From Bispira polyomma (Eukaryota), in assembly GCA_965649765.1 (NCBI GenBank), contig OZ287754.1, forward strand, positions 27,466,001-27,530,000: a DNA stretch of 64,000 nt, written 5' to 3'. Under the pieces are notes generated by a model. That model was not told the origin of the DNA and did not search any database. It saw nothing but the letters and a program-made list of their open reading frames with translations. Shown one piece after another: positions 62,845-64,000 of this stretch (its first letter is position 1; each line of letters begins with the position of its first letter). Made by a program: the position numbers and the translations under genes.

Positions 62845-64000
62845 AAGTAGTAAAAATTGTTGTTAAAATGGCTTAAACAATAAAGAAAAAACATGCAATG
62901 TACTGAATTATTTAAAAGATAAGCATGCAGATATTGTCTGTCTCCATGATACACAACTTACTGATTTAAACAAAAGTGATGTTAAACAAATTTGGAAAGG
63001 CAATTGTTTTTAAATGGTTTAAGATGAAATGCTAGAGGAGTAGCTATATTGTTAAATAAAACATTTGAATACAAAGTTATCTATTCAAACAAAGATACAG
63101 GTGATAACCTACTAATTTTGGATCCAGAAATTACAGAAATAAAGCTAAGATTGGTAAATATTTATGGCCCAAAAACAGACAATGTAGAATTCTATTTGTA
63201 TATTTCATCATTAAATCATGAAAATGAACAAGATTATAGTCTGATATGTGGTGACTTTAACATGACATTAGATCCTGATATTGATTGTAATAATTATGTA
63301 AATGTGAATAACCCAAGGGCAAGACCACAGTCTTAGAATGTATGGAACAAAATCATTTAAGTGACGTCTATGGGTATTTTAATCCAAAAAAGAAGATATA
63401 CCAGCGAAGACAACATCCCCTGAAACAGGCAAGATTGGATTACTTCATTGCTTTCTCTAGCACTACTGATATAATTAATAGTGTCAATATAAATCCTGAA
63501 TATCAGACCATTCTATCTTGGAACTGAATTTCTTAATAAATAATTTTAGAAGGGGCAAGCGGACATGGAAATTAAACACTAGCTTGTTGAAAAATGAAAA
63601 CTATTTAAATTTTATCAGGAAATGTATTAGAGAAGAACATATTAGATATACAATCCCACTATATCTTAGATTTTCAGTTAACTATAGATTATGATATTTT
63701 TCTGGAAGTACTCCTACTTAGAATAAAGAGGAAACTAATAAATTTGCAAGTAAAAAGAAACATCGCAATAAAGATGTAGAAAAGTGGATCATATCTGGAA
63801 TACAGTTGCTCGAGGAAAGTAATTCACTGGAAGATTTTGACAAACTACAAGCAAAAAATATTAAACTTCAGAACTTCAGACAACTTAACATGCAAGGTCA
63901 CCAGGTAAGTTCAAGACTAGAATGGCTTTCTGATGGAGAAAAACCGACAAAATATTTCTGTGCATTAGAACACAATAATTATGTTACAAGTCAAAAGGAA
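62845..64000 (+). mobile_element. L1/Tx1-like LINE ORF2 N-terminus (APE endonuclease and linker), running off the window
   Basis: NGL, IVCLHDT, ARGVAILL, VNIYGP, ICGDFNMTLDP, ARLDYF, WKLNTSLL, SRLEWLSDGEKPTKYFCALE. Confidence 0.88.

Overview
Eukaryotic, AT-rich, transposon-saturated window. The SINE, Polinton and tyrosine-recombinase retroelement types suggest a marine invertebrate such as a mollusc, but the taxon is inferred. Host genes: two ~90% identical GXYLT-like GT8 glycosyltransferase paralogues with single-exon CDSs (5657-6802, 34418-35563) in a local segmental duplication, and a multi-exon protein-kinase pseudogene on the minus strand (59.5-61.8 kb). Mobile DNA: a near-complete Ngaro-type tyrosine-recombinase retrotransposon with split direct repeats (8861-15704), several DIRS/Ngaro relics, a decayed Polinton/Maverick (ATPase, integrase, major capsid, pPolB; ~45.3-54.8 kb), L2 and L1/Tx1 LINEs, tRNA-derived SINEs, Harbinger-, Kolobok- and Tc1-like MITEs, and a ~30-35 bp minisatellite. 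Two observations stand out. (1) NADAR (YbiA-like ADP-ribosylhydrolase/N-glycosidase) domains sit in two unrelated mobile elements: one in frame with the C-terminus of the Polinton DNA polymerase, one in the ORF1 position of an L1/Tx1-like LINE. This suggests a possible transposon counter-defence against nucleic-acid ADP-ribosylation. (2) Phase-matched splice sites recur across several Ngaro copies and predict a spliced Gag-YR fusion. All assignments come from reading motifs by eye; no database searches were run.
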